64,000 nt of DNA from an uncultured delta proteobacterium (GTDB lineage: Bacteria > Desulfobacterota > Syntrophorhabdia > Syntrophorhabdales > WCHB1-27), in NCBI GenBank assembly GCA_963810935.1, contig CAWEPK010000007.1, positions 288,001 to 352,000 on the forward strand, given 5' to 3'. Within the stretch, counting starts at the first letter, position 1, and every line of letters begins with the position of its first letter. Made by a program: the position numbers and the translations under genes. The notes under the pieces were generated by a model. The model was not told the origin of the DNA, did no database searches, and saw nothing but the letters and a program-made list of their open reading frames with translations. Of this stretch, positions 50,466 through 61,523 are shown piece after piece.

Positions 50466-51557
50466 GAAATCACTACATCTCGCTGCGGCGCAACGTGACC
50501 GTAAGGGTCTTATCGGCCCTCTTTATAAGGAGTGCACGGTGCTGCCCGGCTCTCCACGCCGCTTCATCAGTTTATCTCCCTCGGTGCCCATTTGCCTGAC
50601 CTCTGTCCCGTCGATGGCAATTATCTCGTCGCCCCTGAGCAGCCCCGCAGCCTCTTCGGGCGACCCTTTCTCAACGTTTTGCATGGTGAAGGTGCCCGAT
50701 GAGTTGATTTTCGTAAAACGGACGTCGCCACGGGGCAGTGGACCAAGAAAGACCATCTCCACCGGGCGGGTCTCGGTGATGCTGACCTCCTCGCATGTCT
50801 TGCTGCCGAACAGGGGCGGGTCTACCTGTACTACCCTGTACCTGGCCCTCATAAGCCGCAATGCCATGCGGTTGTTGGCGGCGTTCATTTCTCCTTCGAC
50901 GTCGCCTTTCTCAGCAGGTACAGTACATATGTCGGAGGGATAAATCTTCCCCGAGGGCATCTCCCACGAGCCGACGAGCTTGCTGCCTCGCCGTTCGAGG
51001 CGGATGGTGAGTTGTTCCGCTCCCAGGCCGCCGATGCCTCCCCAATCGATAAGCATGACATCCTTGTAATCAAAATCGCCCCTGGACCGGGGATGCGACC
51101 CCTTCACGATCAGCTTGTTCTCTTCAACATAGACGCCGTACGCGTTACGTTCGGTATCTATCCACTGACCGCCGAGGGCCTTGAATTGTTCCGTTTTTTC
51201 CATACGATATTCGAGCTTGACGATCTCGTCGCGCACCCGCTGAGCGTCTTGTGCGCCGGGCGCCAGCGCGAGGTAACGCTGATAACTGGCGATGCCTTCC
51301 CTTGCTTGTCCCATTTTGGACTGGACTGCTCCCAGGTTGTACCAGGCCGCCGCCATTTGCGGGGCAATCTCGGTCGCTTTCCTGAATTCCTCGGCCGCCT
51401 CTCCCAGCTCCTCGTTGTTCTTGGCCATTTCGATAGCGGCCAGCCCGCGGACCAGGTGCCGCCGGGCCTCGGTATTGTCCGTTTGAGCAAATACCGGGGC
51501 AGACAGGAGAGTGAAAACAGATGCAAGGAGAGTCATCCGGCAAATGGCAGTCGTCAT
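50466..51557 (-). CDS. Secreted TPR plus PDZ protein (probable C-terminal frameshift near 50525; end approximate)
   Basis: 'AWYNLGAVQSKMG...SYQRYLALAP'; PDZ 'GSPEEAAGLLRGDEIIAIDG'. Confidence 0.75.
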
Positions 51558-51642
51558 AATGTTCCTCCTGTTACAGGTCCGTGCGGCGCAACATGATGAA
51601 GAGGCGCCGGACGTCCGTGTCTGTTTCTTTAATTGCGGCCGT

Positions 51643-52932
51643 CTACTTCAGGGGAGGCACAGGTTTCGCCAGAGGGGCAGGACCGGATGTGGCGGGTATT
51701 GCTTTGTCCGAATGGCAAATCCCCACCGTTCGCTCCACGGCTTCAAGCTGCGCCTGCACATTGCGCATCTCGACGTCGACGTATTCCCTGGCGTTGAACT
51801 GCGCGGCTTTGAGGAGATTGAGACGCCTCTCCATGTCCTGCGCTTCCCTGTACTTGTTGAGCGATTCGTCTATATCCATCCCCACGGAGGCGGGCAGGGC
51901 CGGCGGGTAGTAGATAGACAGCATATCGGTAGCCAGCTTCGCATAGTCCTTCGAGAGGGCGTCCACGTCACGGGCCTTATCCTCGCCGCGCTGCTTCAAC
52001 TCGAAGGCGACCGCCTTATTGAGCACCGAAAGGACGCGGTTGGTGCTCTCCAGGCGCACGCGCAGGTCCTGCGGCGCTTTAGGGTCGAGGCGGATATCCT
52101 TCAGAAGGTCATTGCATTTATCGGCTGCGTCCATCGCCGATTGCTTGAATTCGGCGGCGCTTAAACTGGCGCCTACACCCACCCCGGCCAAGGTCGTCTG
52201 GATGTACCGGTATCCTTTCAGATATGCGGGCGCCCCCTTTTCTATTGCCGGCGCGCCCAGGTCGAGCAGTTTGGAAGCGACTCCGAGCATTGCCTGCACC
52301 TTCTCCATCTTTTCGGCATAAATTCTCGCATCGCTTCCGCGCATGGAAGAATCGAGGGACCTCGACCGCTCCTGCAAGCCCGCCAGCGTTTCCTTAAGCT
52401 TCTCCCTGTCCCGCTCTGCCTGCCTGCACATGTCAGGCGTCACGAACCGGGAGGGGCTGATGGAAGGGCCCTGCGGCACATCGCCTGGATCGGGTATTCT
52501 GATGGTCCTGAGCAGCGCGCCTTTTTGTTCGTTAAATTTCCGGTCTTCTGCCGGGTCGGGCTGGCCTGACGCCGGGGCCTTCGTCTGCACTTGCGGGCCT
52601 TGCGCAGCAGGGGCGTTGCCTTGCACCTGGGGCGCCGGTTTGGCGGGTTGAAATGAAGGGACGTCGAACCCCGAGCAATAGGACTTGCTCGATTCGAACC
52701 ACGGCCTCGCGCTCCGGTAGGTTTCGCATTGGGATTTTGTTTTAAAGTTCCCCCTGCCGTGAGACCCGAACATCTTCGCCGCCTCGCCCGTATAATAGAC
52801 TTTCCATTCGGCAAGGGCCGCATTCGGCCAAGCGGCGAGAAACGCTGCGATGAAGACGGCAACGGCTACCCTTCGATTCACTATTCCATACCTCCGTATC
52901 GGTGCCCCTAGATTTGCTTTCATCGTATACAA
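51643..52932 (-). CDS. Hypothetical secreted protein with Pro/Gln linker and coiled coils
   Basis: Long ORF, signal-like 'VAVAVFIAAFLAAWPNAALA'. Confidence 0.6.
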   Translation of the reverse strand: MYTMKANLGAPIRRYGIVNRRVAVAVFIAAFLAAWPNAALAEWKVYYTGEAAKMFGSHGRGNFKTKSQCETYRSARPWFESSKSYCSGFDVPSFQPAKPAPQVQGNAPAAQGPQVQTKAPASGQPDPAEDRKFNEQKGALLRTIRIPDPGDVPQGPSISPSRFVTPDMCRQAERDREKLKETLAGLQERSRSLDSSMRGSDARIYAEKMEKVQAMLGVASKLLDLGAPAIEKGAPAYLKGYRYIQTTLAGVGVGASLSAAEFKQSAMDAADKCNDLLKDIRLDPKAPQDLRVRLESTNRVLSVLNKAVAFELKQRGEDKARDVDALSKDYAKLATDMLSIYYPPALPASVGMDIDESLNKYREAQDMERRLNLLKAAQFNAREYVDVEMRNVQAQLEAVERTVGICHSDKAIPATSGPAPLAKPVPPLK

Positions 52933-53065
52933 TTGTCAAGCGAATTATTCAGTCGCCTCAAGGAAACACTCTGGTTTCTCAATACAGTTGACCTTGCCCG
53001 CTGCAATGTTGTAGAAAAGTAGCCGTGCGTAAAGGCATATCCTATCCACAGAAAGGGAGAAGAGA

Positions 53066-54470
53066 GTGAACAGGTCCTGTTACAGCATCATGTTAGCCGC
53101 AACGTTAATCCTTGGCCTGGGCCTTACGGTCCCCGTTTTCGGCCAGGGCGACGCAGGAAAGGCCCCGGCGAGCGGTGTCGTCGGCATCAACATAGAGCGC
53201 GAGGCTTCGGGCAGGGTGTTGATACGCTGGGTCGAAAAAGGGGGCCCGGCGGAGCAGGCCGGTTTGCAGATCGGCGACGAAATACTCTCTATCGATGGAA
53301 CGGATGCGACGCAGTTCAAAAGCCAGGAGGAAGCGGGCGGAAAGGTCCGGGGCCGCGCGGGGACGCCGGTGCAATTGAAAATAAAAAGAAAAGAGGAAGA
53401 GAGGACCGTCACGGTCCTTCGGGCCTCCGCGGACGACCTGGCCCGGAAGCATATAATACGCGGCGCGGCGGCCATTGAGATGGCCAGGAGCGAGGCGGAC
53501 CTGGCCAAAGCCGCCTCCGAGTTCGGCCAGGCCGCCGGCTATGCGCCGAATATGGCGGCGGCCTGGTACAACCTGGGCTCCGTCCAGGCGAAGATCGGGC
53601 AATTGAAGGAAGCTATCAAGAGCTACCGGACGTACCTCGCCCTGGCCCCCAACGCGGATGACGCCCGGCGGATCAAAGACGAGATCATCAAGCTGGAGTA
53701 CCGGCTCGAGCAGGTGGAGAGCTTCAAGGGCCTCTCGGGGTATTGGGTATCGTGGACAGGCACCCTATACAGGGTTGGCGCGGACGGTGGAAAGTTGACC
53801 CTCCGGGGGCTCCATAAAGGTTCGGACGAGTCCATCGACTACGTGATAAGCGGCAAGCATAGCCCCGAAATGGGACGAACGCAGTGTCTTGCTTCCACTC
53901 TGACCGAGCGAGGCGGCAAGTGGGTCGGTACCTGGGAAGTCCCCGGAATCACCTACCCGACCGCGTGCACCGTCCCGACTTCGCAGGCGGAAGTGGAAGC
54001 GCAGGTAGATGAGGCCGGGGGACGCATCACCGTAAAGATCACCCGGCCTAAATTCAGGGTGGAGGTTGTGGACCCCGGTATCTGGAGCATCGAAGTGGGC
54101 GTGCGGAGGGGTTTCCATGACAGGGACAGTCGCCGAGGAGAACCTCCTCATGGGCCCGGTCCCCAGCGGATACCTCCTGCTGGGGATAAATTCCGACACC
54201 CCCCGCAGCATATACATTTCCCAGGTAGGCCCCGGCGAGGAAAAGGCCGGGTTGAAATCGGGCGACCATATCGTATCGATCGATGGGGCGGAAGTGGCAA
54301 AGATGAGCAGCATGGGCGAGGCACGGCTGAAGCTTTACGGCAAGCCGGGCACCGTAGCACAACTGGTCATAAAGAGAAAAGCAAAAAAGAGCTCTCCGGA
54401 GGAAACGCTCGAAGTCTCGGTCCCCCGGACAGATATCTCAGCCGCCAAGATAAGCGTTTGCGGAGAGTAA
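53066..54470 (+). CDS. Secreted PDZ-TPR-PDZ protein (frameshift near 54090), paralog of 50466-51557
   Basis: 'GPAEQAGLQIGDEILSIDG', TPR 'AWYNLGSVQAKIG', second PDZ 'AGLKSGDHIVSIDG'. Confidence 0.78.
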
Positions 54471-54809
54471 CGAGTCAAGGCTTAAAAAGTGCGGTGGCTT
54501 GACTGACGGCCCTTTTGAAGCCGACAAATTCTCTAAAGCCTCCATTCCTCGCGTACTATAAAGCCAACTATTATTAGAACGAGGATCCCTATTAAGACGA
54601 GAATAGTTGAATTCGCTAACAGCTCAAAAATAAAATGTAGCAATTTGTCTCTCCCGTTATATGGAGGATAGAATCATTATTAACCCAAAGAATCCTCCAC
54701 GGGACATTACCGCTCAAATTCCTTTCTAACATAGGTATAAAACTATTTGCAAGACATTTCTGTATATATAGAAGTACAAGTGTGAGGTGCACGAGCGGCA
54801 GGAATGACG

Positions 54810-55079
54810 CTATACGATAATGGTAGGTCAATCCGCATTCTTGCTATCGGCCATCGTCGGGAAATATACAATTTAACGAAGCCATCCGCCGCATCATGGG
54901 CGAGCCCACCTGCGGCGAAGAAAAGCGGGGCGACCTCGCAGGCGTCCGCGTCTACAAGCGGCGCGCAGGCGACCGGTAGTACCTCCTCGCCTACGAATTC
55001 GACGCGGAAAACCTTTCCCTGCTCGCCCTATGGGTGCATCATAATTTATACAGAAGAATAGGGAAAGAAGGTGGGGTGA
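54810..55079 (+). pseudogene. Two RelE/ParE-family toxin remnants in tandem
   Basis: 'IRILAIGHRREIY' fragment, then 'GEEKRGDLAGVRVYK...R*YLLAYEF...LLALWVHHNLY' with an internal TAG. Confidence 0.65.
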
Positions 55080-55135
55080 AATAGGATTAGGCCAGGTTAA
55101 AACAACAATCGTGGTGCTGTGTCCACGTTTCCTTT

Positions 55136-56143
55136 CTATGTACCGAAGTCATTCGCTATTGTGAAAATGGAGGACAAAGCGCCTTTTGCTGTTGCTTTGG
55201 AAATGCTGTGTTTGGACGAGCTTTCTCTTTCCAAGTGAACAATATTGCGAAACTGTCGGATTGAATCCGCAAGTTTTTGAATAGCACTTTTCAGAAGGTT
55301 GTTGTCTTCACATGCTCTTATATACGAGTCTAAGCTGTTCTTTGCGGACCTTATGCCCTTACTTTCCAGATAGAGTCGAAGCAATTCCTCAATTACTCCC
55401 CCTGCCAAAACTACGGAAGGTTTATTATAACCTTGATGGGCAAGCAGAAACGCCTGCTCCACATCCCTGAATATTACTTTCCGTTTGAACTGATCTTTTA
55501 CAAAATTTATTCTCTTTGCAAATGACCTTTTGGACTCGCCATAGTCCGTCTCTATGGCTCCCCACGGATCGCTGACTTCAATGGAACGCGCTGAAACACT
55601 TGTTTTGCGCTCTTCTCTTTTTTTAACCACCTTTTTCCTCCTCACTGTGTGTAACGCCAGCAATAGCTCAGCGGACAGTCTTTCCCGAACGAATTCTTCT
55701 GAGAGCGCTGTTTCCGTCACGCCATCATATCTAGGCACGGTATAAGGATAACCTTTCCCACGTATCCTCTGGTCGATATCAGACATTCTTCGATAGATTC
55801 CTTTAATGCCAGCCATAAGTAAGGATGCCGTCTCTTTTAAAGGTCGTTCTGGGTCGATGCCGTTCATTAGACAGAAGGTTCGTGTCTTAGAAAGGCTTCG
55901 AGACACAACGTCATGTAGAAATGGTTGAATAAAACCACGCCAAAAAACTCTCCTCGGCGAGCCATCGAAAGATATCCCCGAATAGCGTATCTCTTTCCCG
56001 ATAAAATTTGTTAGCCGTAATTCCTTGCCGGATGAGAAGAATGCCCACGGTGTCACCTTGCCGTCTTCCAGCTTCCGAAACTCTAACTCGACTCGTTCCT
56101 TTATGAAGCTATACGCGGGCGATACGTTAATTATGACGCTCAT
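55136..56143 (-). CDS. Hypothetical protein with C-terminal DUF4145/HEPN-like domain
   Basis: 'VLAGGVIEELL...SLDSYI...IRQFRNIVH'; low GC. Confidence 0.65.
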   Translation of the reverse strand: MSVIINVSPAYSFIKERVELEFRKLEDGKVTPWAFFSSGKELRLTNFIGKEIRYSGISFDGSPRRVFWRGFIQPFLHDVVSRSLSKTRTFCLMNGIDPERPLKETASLLMAGIKGIYRRMSDIDQRIRGKGYPYTVPRYDGVTETALSEEFVRERLSAELLLALHTVRRKKVVKKREERKTSVSARSIEVSDPWGAIETDYGESKRSFAKRINFVKDQFKRKVIFRDVEQAFLLAHQGYNKPSVVLAGGVIEELLRLYLESKGIRSAKNSLDSYIRACEDNNLLKSAIQKLADSIRQFRNIVHLERESSSKHSISKATAKGALSSIFTIANDFGT

Positions 56144-56531
56144 TTAGATAATAATTACACAATGGATCGCCATGTTGCAAGAAGAATATCCAACTAAGTC
56201 CCCTGGGAAAAAGCCGAATTGGCACCCCTCACCCCGGCCTCTCCGCCAAGGGGCGAGGGGTGATAAAGAAAGCAAGGAGCAGCGACGCGGTACCGTGGGC
56301 CGGGAGATTAGCAGCGTACTTCCCCGAATGCAACAGGGGCCGGTGTGGGCTGGCGAGATTTTCGATGCATTTCGTGCTGCTTTTCGACCAAGCGAGCCGC
56401 AGCATATAAAACGGTAGCCGGGTACCCGCGCTCAGGGCTTGCCAGGCGCGGGTGGCAAGTGAGGACTCGCGCCCGAGAAAGCGGCGCGAAAGGCGCGGAA
56501 AGATCGCCGGTCCGCGCCGGCCCCCCATCCC

Positions 56532-57719
56532 CTAACCCTTCAACTTATACTTGCGGAAGATCGACCGTGCTATGACCATTCTCTGGATCTGGTTCGCGCC
56601 TTCGTATATCTGGGTCGCTTTAGCGTCGCGCATCATGCGCTCCACCGGATAATCTTTCGTGTACCCGTAGCTCCCCAGTATCTGCACGGCCTCGGTTGTG
56701 ACCTTCATCGCCATGTCTGCTGAATAGACCTTTGCCATTGCGCTTGCCCTGTCGGCGGCCATTGCGCCCATTGTGTCCCTGTCCCTGCCGGGCAGCTCGT
56801 CCAGGAGCATTGCGGCGTGGTAAACAAGCTGTCTGGCAGCTTCCACGCCCGTTGCCATCTCGCCTATCATCGCCTGTATGCCTTCATGCTCTGCGAGCCT
56901 CTGGCCGAACTGCGTCCTGCCCCACGCGTACTCCGCGGAGAAGTCGAGGGCGCCCTGGGCTATGCCGACCGCCTGCGCGCCGACCGCGGGCCGCGACAGG
57001 TTGAGCGTAGACATCGCGACGCCCCACCCGTCGTTGACTTCGCCGAGCAGGTTGTCGCGGGTGAGCCGCACGTTGTCGAAGCTGATCTCCGTAAGGTCGG
57101 AGCCGTTCATCCCCATTTTCTCCTCGTTCTTGCCGATGGTGATGCCGGGGAGGTCCGTCTCCATGAAAAACGCGGTGATGCCCTTGTGCTTCAGGGCGGG
57201 GTTGCTCGATGCGAAGAGCGTCAGCAGCTTGCAGCTTGCCCCGTTGGTTATCATCGACTTCCTGCCGTTCAGGATGAAGCCGTTGCCGTCTTTGACGAAG
57301 GTGGTCGTCATGCGCGCGGGGTCCGAGCCGGCCTCGGGCTCGGTGAGGGCGAATGCGGCGAGGTAAGGCTCCTTGGAACTGACGACCTTGTCGTAAATTA
57401 ACTTCTTTTGCTCGTCCGACGCCGCGATCAGGATAGGCATAAGGCCGACGTTATGGGCGAGCACGATGAGCGACGTCGTACCGGACGCTTTGGCAAGCTC
57501 CTCGATAATAACGCACAGGGAGGTAATGCTTGCGTTCAGCCCTCCGTACGCCTCGGGCAGCATGAGGTAGAGGAACCCGTGCTCGCGGCACGCGTTTACG
57601 ACGTCCCAGGGAAATTCGCAGGTTGCGTCTATCGCCTTGGCCCTGGGCGCAACTTTCTCCCTGGCCATCTTTTCGGCTATTTTTTGTATTAAGGCGTTGC
57701 TTTCGGAAAGCTGCGGCAT
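56532..57719 (-). CDS. Acyl-CoA dehydrogenase
   Basis: 'FALTEPEAGSD', 'KMG', 'QILGSYGY...ERMMRDAKATQIYEG'. Confidence 0.93.
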   Translation of the reverse strand: MPQLSESNALIQKIAEKMAREKVAPRAKAIDATCEFPWDVVNACREHGFLYLMLPEAYGGLNASITSLCVIIEELAKASGTTSLIVLAHNVGLMPILIAASDEQKKLIYDKVVSSKEPYLAAFALTEPEAGSDPARMTTTFVKDGNGFILNGRKSMITNGASCKLLTLFASSNPALKHKGITAFFMETDLPGITIGKNEEKMGMNGSDLTEISFDNVRLTRDNLLGEVNDGWGVAMSTLNLSRPAVGAQAVGIAQGALDFSAEYAWGRTQFGQRLAEHEGIQAMIGEMATGVEAARQLVYHAAMLLDELPGRDRDTMGAMAADRASAMAKVYSADMAMKVTTEAVQILGSYGYTKDYPVERMMRDAKATQIYEGANQIQRMVIARSIFRKYKLKG

Positions 57720-57845
57720 CTCGTCTCCTTTTTTCGGGCTTGGCAGCGTGCGCTACGATGTTTGGTGCGCGCTAAAATTTGAGGTATACTTGTACCATAA
57801 TCAGGACCAAAATATCAAACTTGAATTCGGCGAGGAGACGCGAGA

Positions 57846-58989
57846 ATGGCGACAGTCTATTTTACCGATCTGCGGGCGAAACCGGGCAGGAGCCTGCTTG
57901 ACAAGATAGAGGACCTGCTGAAGAGGGTAAAGCTTTCCAGGAAGGTGCGCAAGAACGACCTTGCCGCGATCAAAGTGCACTTCGGCGAGCGGGGCAACTG
58001 CGCATATTTGCGGCCCATTTTCCTGCGCGTCATCGCCGACCATTTGCGGGCCTCGGGCGCGCGCCCGTTTTTGACCGATACGAACACGCTCTACACAGGG
58101 TCGCGCAGCAACGGCGTCACGCACATGGAGACTGCCGTGCTGAACGGCTTCGACTACTCAGTGGCCGGCTGCCCCGTAGTTATCGCGGACGGCCTCCGTG
58201 GCGCATCGGGCGCTAAGGTGCCGGTCCCGGCCGGGGGCGTGCTCACGGAGGTGAGCATAGCGCGGGAGATCGTCGATGCGGACGCCCTCGTCGCAGCTAC
58301 GCACTTCAAGGGGCACGAGCTTTGCGGCTTCGGCGGTGCGATCAAGAACCTGGGCATGGGGTGCGCCACCAGAGAGGGCAAACTGGTGCAGCACTCGACC
58401 GTCGGCCCGTCGATCAGCGTGGAGCGGTGCAAGGGCTGCGGACTCTGCCTCGACTACTGCCCGCAGAACGCGATAAAGCTGAAAGGGGGCAAGGGAGACG
58501 CGGGTGCGCCCGGCCGGAAAGGCAGGAAGGCAACGATAGAAGGCCACAGGTGCATAGGCTGCGGCGAGTGCATCGTAGTCTGCCCGCAGGGCGCAATCGA
58601 GATCGAGTGGAACGAGGAACAGGACAGGTTCCAGAAGAAGATGGTGGAGCACGCGGCAGGAGCGTTGGCCGGCAAGGCGGGCAAGTGTGTCTTCATCAAC
58701 TTCCTGATGCAGATAAGCCCTGCGTGCGACTGCTATCCCAGCAACGACGCGCCGATAGTGCGCGACCTGGGAATACTGGCGTCGGTCGACCCGGTGGCGA
58801 TAGACGCGGCCTCGGTGGACATGGTGAACAACGAAGAGGCATTGCCGGGGACAGTAATTAAAAAAGGGGCAGCGGCAGGGGAGGACAAGTTTGGATTGAT
58901 TTATCCGTCGATAGATTGGAATATTCAATTGGACCATGCGGTGAGCGATGGGCATGGGAGAGAGGACATACAAACTCGTCAAGATTTGA
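57846..58989 (+). CDS. DUF362 / 4Fe-4S ferredoxin-domain protein (frameshift near 58945)
   Basis: 'KVHFGE.GN', 'HFKGH..GFGGAIKNLGMGC', two CxxCxxCxxxCP motifs, 'CDC', 'DPVAID'. Confidence 0.85.
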
Positions 58990-59202
58990 GGGGCGCTGGG
59001 TGGCCGGGCGCTTTTCGCGCCATGCGCCTGTCTCTCCGGGCCGCGCGTCCTCACGTACACAAAACGTACGCTCCGGGCGGCGGCTCCTCGATCACGGCGC
59101 CTGTCATCGAAAATCGCCTCGGCCGAATAATGGCTTCACCATTTTGGCAAGTCCCTCAATAAAAAACCACGGCCGGGCGACCCACTGCGATAGGAGAATA
59201 GG

Positions 59203-60321
59203 ATGACCGCCAAGAAGAGTAAGAAAGACAGCCTGTACGCCCGGTACGCGGACCTGCTCGTTCGCTACTGCCTCGATTTGCACGAAGGCGACAAGCTGCT
59301 TATCGTATCCACCTACCTTTCCGAGCCCCTCCTGCAGGAGGTCTTCAGCGCGGCCCTCGCGGCGGGTGCGCACCCTGAAACATGGCTCAGCGCCGCAGGA
59401 CTGGTCCGCCGCCTTTATGACGAAGGCAGCCCCGCGCAGCTTGCCCACCCGTCGCCGCTCTATGCCTATGCAGTCGAGCACTACCAGGCGTTCCTCTTCA
59501 TCCGCGCGCCCTTCCACACGCGCGAGATGCAGTCCGTCGACCCCGACCGCCTGCGGGCCGTGGCAGTCGGCGAGACGAAGGTGAAAAAGCGCTTCAGGGA
59601 GCGCTCCGTCGCGGGCGAGCTTGCCTGGACCCTCTGCGAGTTCCCGACGGACGCGCAGGCGCAGGAATGCGGCATGTCGCGCCGCGAGTACGAGGCGTTC
59701 ATCGCACGCGCCTGCTTCCTGAACCGGCCTGACCCCGCCGCAGCATGGCATGAGGTACGCGAGCGCCAGCAGCGCGCTGTCGATAGGCTCAATGCAGCGC
59801 GCAGCGTCACGTTCCGGGGCCGCGACACGGACATTACATTTTCGACTGAAGGCAGGAAGTGGATCAACTCTGACGGCAGGCACAACATGCCGTCCGGCGA
59901 GGTCTTCACGAGCCCCGTCGAAAACTCCGTTGAAGGGCGCGTCCGCTTCTCCTATCCGGCCATCTACATGGGGCAGGAGGTAGAAGACGTGCGCCTGGAA
60001 GTGGAGGGCGGCCGGGTGGTGCGCTGGGAAGCGGCCAGGGGCGCGGGCCTTCTCGGCAAGGTGCTGGAGGTGCCGGGCGCGGACCGCTTCGGCGAGGCTG
60101 CCATCGGCACGAACGCAGGCATCGACCGTTTCACGAGAAACATCCTCTTCGACGAGAAGATGGGCGGCACGATACACATGGCGCTCGGCTCGTCGTACGG
60201 CGAGGCGGGCGGAAAGAATGAGTGCGCAGTGCATTGGGACATGCTGGCCGACATGAAGCGAGGCGGCGAGATACTCGCAGACGGGGAGATCATCTACAGG
60301 AACGGTAAGTTTATTTTTTGA
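59203..60321 (+). CDS. M29 family aminopeptidase
   Basis: 'NMPSGEVFTSP', 'GEAAIGTN', 'LFDEKMGGTIHMALG', 'VHWDM'. Confidence 0.92.
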   Translation: MTAKKSKKDSLYARYADLLVRYCLDLHEGDKLLIVSTYLSEPLLQEVFSAALAAGAHPETWLSAAGLVRRLYDEGSPAQLAHPSPLYAYAVEHYQAFLFIRAPFHTREMQSVDPDRLRAVAVGETKVKKRFRERSVAGELAWTLCEFPTDAQAQECGMSRREYEAFIARACFLNRPDPAAAWHEVRERQQRAVDRLNAARSVTFRGRDTDITFSTEGRKWINSDGRHNMPSGEVFTSPVENSVEGRVRFSYPAIYMGQEVEDVRLEVEGGRVVRWEAARGAGLLGKVLEVPGADRFGEAAIGTNAGIDRFTRNILFDEKMGGTIHMALGSSYGEAGGKNECAVHWDMLADMKRGGEILADGEIIYRNGKFIF

Positions 60322-60355
60322 ATGGCCGGTTCACTTCCGGTCACTCGCCGGACGT

Positions 60356-60922
60356 CTATGTACCTGACCCCTTTCCCATCATCAGAATGATCTCTTCCGC
60401 CGCATGCACGCCGGCGTAGACCGACGCCAGGGCGGCCATGAAGGCGGTGTGCACGTGTTTCGCGGGGACATCAACGCCGCCGAACGCGAGGCTTCCCGTT
60501 GCGCAGGCGTCATGGGCGATGAGGCAAGAGTACCCTTTATCGAAAGCGGCCCTCGTTGTAGCGTCGATGCACATGTGCGACATCATCCCGCAGATCACCA
60601 GTTGTTCGATCTGTTTCGATTGGAGGTATTCGCCGAAGCGCGTATCCCGGAAAGCATTGGGGAAATGCTTGTCGATAATCGTCTCGCCGGCAAGGGGCGC
60701 GACGTTCTCATGAAATTCGACCCCCTGCGTACCGGGCGCCAGAAACGTCGCGTCCTTTCGCGCCGAGAGGTGCCGCACGTGGACGACCGGAAGGCGTTTT
60801 TCCCTGAAGAAGGCCAGCAGGCGCCCGGCCTGCCTGCTTGCCTCGACCGGCCCGGCGAGTTCCATCTTCCCTCCGGGGAAATAGTCCTTCTGGATGTCGA
60901 TGACGATAAGTGCGCTGTTCAT
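60356..60922 (-). CDS. Cysteine hydrolase (isochorismatase family)
   Basis: 'ALIVIDIQ.DYF', 'K..PNAF', 'GMMSHMCID.T.R'. Confidence 0.9.
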   Translation of the reverse strand: MNSALIVIDIQKDYFPGGKMELAGPVEASRQAGRLLAFFREKRLPVVHVRHLSARKDATFLAPGTQGVEFHENVAPLAGETIIDKHFPNAFRDTRFGEYLQSKQIEQLVICGMMSHMCIDATTRAAFDKGYSCLIAHDACATGSLAFGGVDVPAKHVHTAFMAALASVYAGVHAAEEIILMMGKGSGT

Positions 60923-61106
60923 TCAGTCTCCTTTGAAGTGAAAGCCGGGCCCATGCGTCCCGTGCCCGTCTTGCAGCGATACCCGCAATAATAGCATTCA
61001 GCCGCCGCAAAGACGAGAGGAATCGGCGTTCGGTCCCCGCTTGCCCGCACGCATGCCGGTGATTAGATTAACGGTGTAAACAAACGACTCGTCAGGCAGG
61101 ATTAAG

Positions 61107-61523
61107 ATGGCTCGCCATAGTCACGCTTTTGCGCTCGTAGGGCTGCTATTTTTTGCGGCCCTCTCCATTCCCGGCCCGTCCGCGGCCCAGGACATGGATA
61201 GTATAGAGGGCGTTTACAGGCAGCAGTACCAGCAGTATACCGCGCAGGAGGCGGCGCTCCAGCAGCAGATGGACGGCCTTCTGTCGCAGAAGGGGCAGGT
61301 GGACAGCCTGATCTCGCAGATAACGGGCGCTACGACGCAGAACTACGCGCAGGAGGCCGAAAGGTACAGGCAGTTGCAGCTCCTCCTGCCTTCCGCCATA
61401 CAATACAGCTCCGACCTGGCCCAGCGCGAGAGGGCGCTGGCGCAGGTGCAGCAGAAAAAAGCGGAGCTGCGGGCGGCGATATTGGGACGCCAGTCGGCAC
61501 TGCCGGTATGGTGGACCCAGTAG
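61107..61523 (+). CDS. Secreted Gln-rich coiled-coil protein
   Basis: Signal peptide followed by a Gln-rich heptad pattern. Confidence 0.6.
   Translation: MARHSHAFALVGLLFFAALSIPGPSAAQDMDSIEGVYRQQYQQYTAQEAALQQQMDGLLSQKGQVDSLISQITGATTQNYAQEAERYRQLQLLLPSAIQYSSDLAQRERALAQVQQKKAELRAAILGRQSALPVWWTQ

Noticed and set aside
59104..60234. Long antisense ORFs (also 6525-7520, 11464-12318, 58158-59060)
   Set aside because: Shadow ORFs of GC-rich genes with no motifs of their own.
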